Positions 56,856 through 64,000 of a stretch of 64,000 nt of DNA are shown here, piece after piece. A program made the position numbers and the translations under genes. The first letter of the stretch is position 1. Every line of letters begins with the position of its first letter. The stretch spans positions 126,914,001 to 126,978,000 of the forward strand of contig OZ024740.1 in the NCBI GenBank assembly GCA_964016885.1. The letters run 5' to 3'. This stretch comes from Eledone cirrhosa (lineage: Eukaryota). The notes beneath the pieces are model-generated. The model searched no databases and had not been told where the DNA came from. It worked only from the letters and a program-made list of their open reading frames with translations.

Positions 56856-57480
56856 ACGGGCTCATCAGACAAAATATATGATTTGAAATATAACATACCG
56901 CTACCGGCTTGATTATTCAATTCCAGTATTGGTAGTGTTTTATTTCATCAAATCTCAATGTTTTTCTCTATCCCCTCTTTTTGATATTCCTTTATTTTTC
57001 TTTATTTTCTTTACCTCCCTCTGTTCCCTTTACTTTCCCCACGCCTTCCCTCTTTTGTCGTTATTCCGCTTTTCTTTTTTATATATTTCTTTTACTCATT
57101 CATCCATTTATGTTTTATTCATTAATCTATTTATGTATGTATTTATTTATTATTTTATTATTTCTTTATTGTCTTTCCTCTTCTCTACACCCTCTCTCAT
57201 ATCTCTAATTTGCACTACGTCCTTATCTTCTTTAAATTTATCATATTATTTGTGGTATTACATTGAGCTTTGATGTAATAAATCACTACCAATACTGGAA
57301 TTGAATAATCAAGACCGAAGTTGTATGTCATATCAAATCATATATTTTGTCTGAGGAGCACGTACTAAAAAACAACACAGGACCTCTGCCATATATATAA
57401 TAAAGTATATGTTTTGATAATGAGAATATTTTTCATTTGTTAATATTTTGAAGATTATTCAAAACTCCAGGAAAACTCAA
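56856..57480. mobile_element. pLTR-like element with ~100-bp inverted arms and a decayed HHR
   Basis: 56862-56960 inverts to 57261-57357. atattttgt-CTGAGGA...(GAAA lost)-tatata-ataaagtat at 57342-57408. Confidence 0.7.
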
Positions 57481-57554
57481 CTGTTGAGTGCTTCTAATCT
57501 ATTGTAAAATTGTATTCATTGAGAAAGAAACGAACCATACTAATCTTCGGTTGT

Positions 57555-57627
<73 letters not shown>

Positions 57628-57628
<1 letters not shown>

Positions 57629-57700
57629 AACAATACCAGAGGTTTCCCGAATAAAACGAATACGAAAAACGTCCTCATTCGTTCGTCAGACAAGGAAATT
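57628..57700 (-). ncRNA. Hammerhead motif at the pLTR end
   Basis: Minus strand: ccttgt-CTGACGA-acgaatgaggacg..cgttttattcgg-GAAA-cctctgg-TA. The copy at ~61293-61368 has CCGACGA but a better stem I. Confidence 0.6.
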
Positions 57701-58935
57701 TAAAACATAGTGGAATATTTGGAAAGTCTCCTCAAGAAATGCAAAACACATATAAATAAAAGTAATGAAAGAGATATATAAAAAAATATAAGGAAATATA
57801 GTTAGGGTATGTGTATATGTATGTATATACACTCACAAATGTACATATGTGTGTATGTACAATTGCATGTGTATGGGGAAAATGTGTGCGTAAGTACATA
57901 TATGATGGCAAGTATATTTGTGTATATGTGACCACAAAAACGTATATAATATGAGTTGAAAAAGAAATTGTATGAAAATATAGTTGACACGCATCCAGAT
58001 ACAGATATTAAATACACATACGAGTATGAAAGCACGCGTATAAACACACACACACGCGCGCGGTCACTTATATGCGGAAGATAAAGAGGGAAGGGAGTGT
58101 AATAGTAAAATGAAGTGTCATTTTCGATATATGTATAAAAATGAAACAATATATGAGAATGAAATGAATTGTAAATCAAAGAGAATGTAATCAATTAACA
58201 CTAGAGAAAAGAAAACAAACATAGGTACGCACGTACATACACACATATATATATAAATATATTTATACACACAAATATGTACAGACAAAAGCGCATGCAT
58301 GCGTACATACATACACACGAGGCACGTATATATATAATATCGCCCCATGTATATCTAATCACACGTACGTACGCGACTATATATATATATATATACATAT
58401 ACATACACACCCATACATACATATACATATATACACATATACATACACATACACATACATTCACCCGCATACACACACACGTAAAAATAAGAATGTAAGA
58501 AACATAGATATAAAAAACATAGATATAAAAACACACATACACACGCATATATATACGTACGCACGCACACATACGGAGGCGTTCGTATACATATACAGAA
58601 CGTATACACACATAAGCACACTCAGACACATAGATACAGATTATAAATCAGACATATGAATAAATGAGTAAAAATATAAAATCGGCTGCGAAACAACAGA
58701 ATATATCTGGAGTGGAAAACGCAAGTGACATTTTATATCAGGTAGTGAAAGAAAATGGGGAAGTAAAATGAGGAATGTGAAGATATTATGTAAGTGAATC
58801 GAAAAAGAGGGGGGGGGTTACTTGTGGATGTGAATTAAAAATAAAAATAAAATTAAAAATAAAGTTAAAAATGAAAGTAAATCAGAAAGAGAAGTCTGTA
58901 AAGAGGATAATTTAAGGAAAGTGAAGAATAAGAGT

Positions 58936-61073
58936 TTATGGAGGATAAGTATCTGAAAGTGAGTTAAGTTTATATGAGCTGGAAAGCAAGTGTGATTTCA
59001 TGTGTGGGCAACTGGTGAACATTTCTGTTTTTGTATTTAGGCAGGTTTTTGGCGATTTAAGGTTCTGTAAAATGCAATATTTTTCACTTATGCAGAGTGT
59101 GCATCTTCTTGTTCCTCTTGCATATTCTTTAGATTGGTTCAAAATTGACCAATCCAAATTATATTGGATACCTTGGTCTTTCAAATCCCATATTCTGCTA
59201 GCCAGATATATTGTGAATCTTTTTTCTGGATGTCGGAAAGATGCGACATGTGAGTAATAACGCGTTTTGAATTTGTCTTGTGTCATACCCACATATCGTT
59301 CGCTGGTAGCTGGTTGGTTGTTGCTGATGGTTGTCACTTTAGCCGTATATACAATGGCTTTGGTGTTGCATTTAACTTGTAATGGGCATTCACTTTTGAC
59401 TCTACAGGAGCAATTTTGATGTTCTCTGGGTGATTTCTTATTGATGATATAAGATTTAATAGGGGGACCGCAGGAGTAGCTAATTTTGACACAGTTTCTA
59501 TTGAAGATCTTATAGTATCTATGTGTTCTAGGGAAATGTTTATCTAAGAGCTCTAGGAATTTTTTGCCTACATTAGTTTTAACTGCTAGAGAGTAGGGGG
59601 GTGTGAACCAGATTATTTTTCTTTTCCTATTATTATGTTTAAAAGAGTTAGTATTGCTGGGTATGTACTTAATCGGTTCGCTAAATCCGCTATTTTGAAG
59701 GGCTTTATTATAGTAGGGGGATGCCTTATTGAAAATAGCTTCTGAGGAAGAGAGGGTGGAGATCCTAGGGCTAATATTAGGGATAAGATTTTTAAAAACT
59801 ATAGGAGGATGGCAAGAGCCTTTATTTATATATTTTAAATTTTCATTAGGTTTATGGTATGGTTTATAAGAAGCAGTAGGCAAATCTAGGTTTATATCTA
59901 GAAAATTAACATTGGAAAGGTTAGTGTCAATAGTAATTTTAAGATTAAAACTAGCGAAGGTTTTTATTAAGTCTTTCCTTAATCTATCTAAGTTATGGCC
60001 TATGGTGGTATGGGAAAGTATTAGACCATCGTCGCGCTAAAGCCTAAAAATATGGTTAGGGAATTTTACTTTGAGTGTGTGTAGGAGGAATAGGCCGACT
60101 AAATCACAAACATCAGCACTGTCAAAAGAGCCCATTGAGACATCGAATGGGTGCTCTGGGTTAGATATGTTTACCCAAGTGTCATTATCAATAAAGAGTA
60201 GAGTGTTTCTAGCATGCAAGATGACATTCTCTTCAATATCAAAAATATTGGTAAACTTTCTCGCGAAATTTAAGGCTTTCGCTAAAAGAGTCTGAGTCAT
60301 AGACGGGTAGAAATCTACAATGTCAAATTGGGTGAATCTAGAACTATTTATATCTTTAATATTATTAAACCAATGTACTACGGAAGAGCTATTTATCCAT
60401 TGGAGTAATTCGGACTTACTTCTAATCTGTGTGTTTATATTATTTTAACAATTTTTGCAGGCAAGACCGATATCAGTCTTAGCAGGGTTGATTAATCTAC
60501 AACTAGGACGATTAATAAAGTCAGGTTTGTGATCTTTAAGGGTGATATATGCATTACGTTTAGCAAGTGTTTCTGTCCTATTATCTATTTTTAAAGAACT
60601 AGCTAATTCTTTAGCTTCCTTATTTATATTGTTATACGTGCTTATATTAGCTATTTGGTATTTAGAGGTGATGTTATCTATTAAGAGTTGGTCGTGTAAA
60701 TTATTATTAACTTCGTATAAGTTCTTAGTTTTGTCGGAGAAAATTAACTTATTTTTAGAAGATTTGAATATTGAAATATCATTAGATAGTTTAGATTGAA
60801 AAGGGTTAGAGTACTTACTAAAATTGATATTGTTGATTAGATTAACTAAGTCTAGTTCAAAAGCGGTCATATATTTTACTCTTTGCGGGTATTTATGAGT
60901 TTTGATATCAAAATGTTCCGTAGGGTCCGTGTTAAAGTGCCCATCGAAAATCAAAGCTTTCCATCTCATTCTTTTAAAAACTTTCTCTACTTTGTCTATC
61001 AGCATTTCGTGTAGGAAGTGTTAGAAGGTGTTGGGATATTCTTGATAGAGTAATCCAAGGGATATTTATCCAT
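58936..61073 (-). pseudogene. PLE RT-GIY-YIG ORF with few disruptions
   Basis: ATG at 61073 (MDKYPLDYSIKNIP), RMRWKA, SDKTKNLY, ITLKDHKPDF..RLINPAK, FDIVDFYPS, VSMGSFDSADVCDLVG, L*RDDGL, YKPYHKPN, CSCRVKSECPL..C..KAIVY, YVGMT..FKTRYYSH, CTLCISEK. Confidence 0.93.
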
Positions 61074-62171
61074 ATTCAGTATTGGTTAAAAATACTATTG
61101 ACTGAAGCGTGCTCGACTTTAAAAGGGGTGGAAGGTGCCAATCTCATAAAAATGTAGAATATGCTGCGATCATTCCCTTGGGAGCTGTATAAGTATTGAA
61201 ATTTCCGTTGAAAATTGAAAAGGTCATAGGAGTGAAGAGTGCTCTATGTAAGTACCAGAGCAAAATTTAATGTATAATAAACAATACAATATAATTACAT
61301 TATTACCAGAGGTTTCCCGAATAAGACGAATACGAAAAACGTCCTCATTCGTTCGTCGGACAAGGAAATTTAAAACATAGTGACATATTTGGAAAGTCTC
61401 CTCAAGAAATGCAAAACATATATAAATAAAAGTAATGAAAAAGATATATAAAAAAATATAAGGAAATATAGTTAGGGTATATGTATATGTATGTATATAC
61501 ACTCACAAATGTACATATGTGTGTATGTACAAATGCATGTGTATGGGGAAAATGTGTGCGTAAGTACATATATGATGGCAAGTATATTTGTGTATATGTG
61601 ACCACAATTACGTATATAATATGAGTTGAAAAAGAAATTGTATGAAGATATAGTTGACACGCATCCAGATACAGGTATTAAATACACATACGAGTATGAA
61701 AGTACGCGTATAAACACACACACACGCGCGTCACTTATATGCGGAAGATAAAGAGGGAAGGGAGTGTAATAGTAAAAAGAAGTGTCATTCTCGATATATG
61801 TATAAAAATGAAACAATATATGAGAATGAAAAAAGTTTTAAATCAAAGAGAAAGTAATCAATTAACACTAGAGAAAAGAAAACAAACATAGGTACGCACG
61901 TACATACACATATATATATATATATATATAAAATATATTTATACACACAAATACATACAGACAAAAGCGCATGCATGCGTACATACATACATACAAGGCA
62001 CGTATATATATATCGCCCCATGTATATCTAATCACACGTACGTTCGCGATTATATACACATATACATACACACCCATACATACATATACATATATACACA
62101 TACACATACACATACATTGACCCGCATACACACACACGTAAAAAGAAGAATGTAAAAAACATAGATATAAA

Positions 62172-62255
<84 letters not shown>

Positions 62256-62577
62256 AATGGAAGTACAGCATCATCGAAGCTCTGGTTGCAGCTAAGGTAA
62301 CGAATGCAATCGGAATCTGCAGCTAAGCACTCAATAAGGTATTTTACCTTAGAGTAATAACATTACGTTTAGACAGCTTTGCAAATTGAAGATAGAGACC
62401 GGTAAGCCAGCCGCAGGGACCAAATCAACGAGAAAACTGAGTCAGGAAAATATGACAAACCGGGGCCATCGCGTCGATACTATGCAATATCTCGGCTAGG
62501 TTTCAGTAAATCCGAAATCAAAAAAAATCCACTTGCAGGGCATGCAAGTTATTGGTGTTGGAAGATGGAACATAGAA

Positions 62578-62650
<73 letters not shown>

Positions 62651-62652
<2 letters not shown>

Positions 62653-62941
62653 AGCAAATTATAAACGTAAACATGTAAGTATGTTTTTGAAACAGTGCGC
62701 GAGTTTGAAATTAGAAATTAGAATTTATAAGCTTTCTCCGTATTTTAGACTAAAGAAATTTCTAGCCTGATAGTGGGGTTTATAACCCCCGGAGAAATGG
62801 AAAAAGATGAGTGTTGCCGTACATGGCAACACTCATGTACGGCAACACCCATCTTTTTCCATTTCTCCGAGGGTTATAAACCCCACTATCAGGCTAGAAA
62901 TTTATTTAGTCTAAAATACGGTGAAAGCTTATAATTTCTAA

Positions 62942-62950
<9 letters not shown>
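62651..62950. repeat. TA-flanked foldback element (same family as 5286-5542)
   Basis: Arms 62710-62826 and 62835-62949 are reverse complements. Duplicated gcaacactc at the junction. Confidence 0.88.
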
Positions 62951-63006
<56 letters not shown>

Positions 63007-63012
<6 letters not shown>

Positions 63013-63880
63013 AATAAGGGCGCTGCGGAGTTGCAAATGGGTTACCTATGAAAAATGTTTGTCCTTCATCAGTGATCTTCCAACCATCAAAGGCATTTCA
63101 TCGCTTTAAAGACCATATACCTCCGGTTGGTGCGAGCAACAGCTAAAAAAAGTCGTTGGGACACGTAAATAAAGGGGACGCGAGGCTAAACAAACAAAAT
63201 GGTGAAGCAACAGAAAGTGAGGAAGAAAGAGACAAGTCCCAGATTTCTATGAATTTAAGTTCGGTGAAATCGTGAACGAGAGAATAAAGACCATCAAACC
63301 TGGTTGAAATGTGAGCAAGCAAGGAATTTCGCACAGGTCTAACGGGGGGAAGAAGGGGTCTGGTCTGCGAATTCGGTAAACATAAGTTCTGTGAAATTGT
63401 AGACGAGAGAGAGAAAAAATTCCGACCAGCTTGGCCCAGAGTGCCAGAGAAAAGAATTACTCACAGGTCAAACGGGAAGAAAGAGGAGGAGGAGAAGTAG
63501 TGACAGAGAATGAGTGAGTGAAAGGTGAGGAAGAGGCTAACAGAGAGAGAGACTGCTAGAAAGGATAAAGATACATAGAACGAAAAAGACGTGTAGCAGC
63601 AGAGGAAAAAATATGTGTAAATATGATAATAAGGGCGCTGCGGAGTTGCAAATGGGTTACATATGAAACAAGTTTGTCCTTCATCAGTGATCTTCCAACC
63701 ATCATCGCTTTAAAGACCATATACATCCGGTTGGTGCGAGCAACGGCTAAAAAAAGTCGTTGGGACACGTAAATAAAGGGGACGCGAGGGTAAACAAACA
63801 AAATGGTGAAGCAACAGAAAGTGAGGAAGAAAGAGACAAGTCCCAGATTTCTATGAATTTAAGTTCGGTGAAATCGTGAA

Positions 63881-63882
<2 letters not shown>
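63007..63882. repeat. ~615-bp unit with partial tandem repeat (pLTR-like), TA-flanked
   Basis: 63007-63278 recurs at 63622-63882. Confidence 0.85.
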
Positions 63883-63948
<66 letters not shown>

Positions 63949-64000
63949 TATTTACACATACACCAATTAAACAAAGTCACAGGTATATATGTGTTTTGGC

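Larger units (their letters stand above)
57625..62175 (-). mobile_element. Near full-length Penelope-like element with direct pLTRs, TA-flanked
   Basis: 57632-58530 repeats directly at 61300-62175. The ORF lies between them. Confidence 0.95.

Overview
Very AT-rich, microsatellite-dense eukaryotic DNA, probably from an invertebrate. The SINE family and (TA)n density resemble an octopod cephalopod, but that is inference. No intact host gene is supportable. The window is a mosaic of mobile DNA: four large, disrupted Penelope-like elements (PLEs, RT + GIY-YIG) plus fragments, a CRE-clade and an R4/Dong-like non-LTR remnant, three tRNA-type SINEs, a Helitron-like element, a pogo-like MITE, a possible piggyBac fossil, and a foldback segment next to a spliced SGNH-hydrolase remnant. 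The main unannotated signal is about 15 hammerhead ribozyme (HHR) motifs with canonical CUGANGA/GAAA cores from about 10 unrelated repeat families, plus variant-core and half copies. They lie in PLE pseudo-LTRs and in short non-coding elements that almost all abut (TA)n tracts and occur as foldback palindromes or 430-615 bp tandem units. One 470-bp unit bounded by two full-size HHRs has retrozyme (circRNA-forming) architecture. All structures were read by eye, so coordinates may be off by a few bases.
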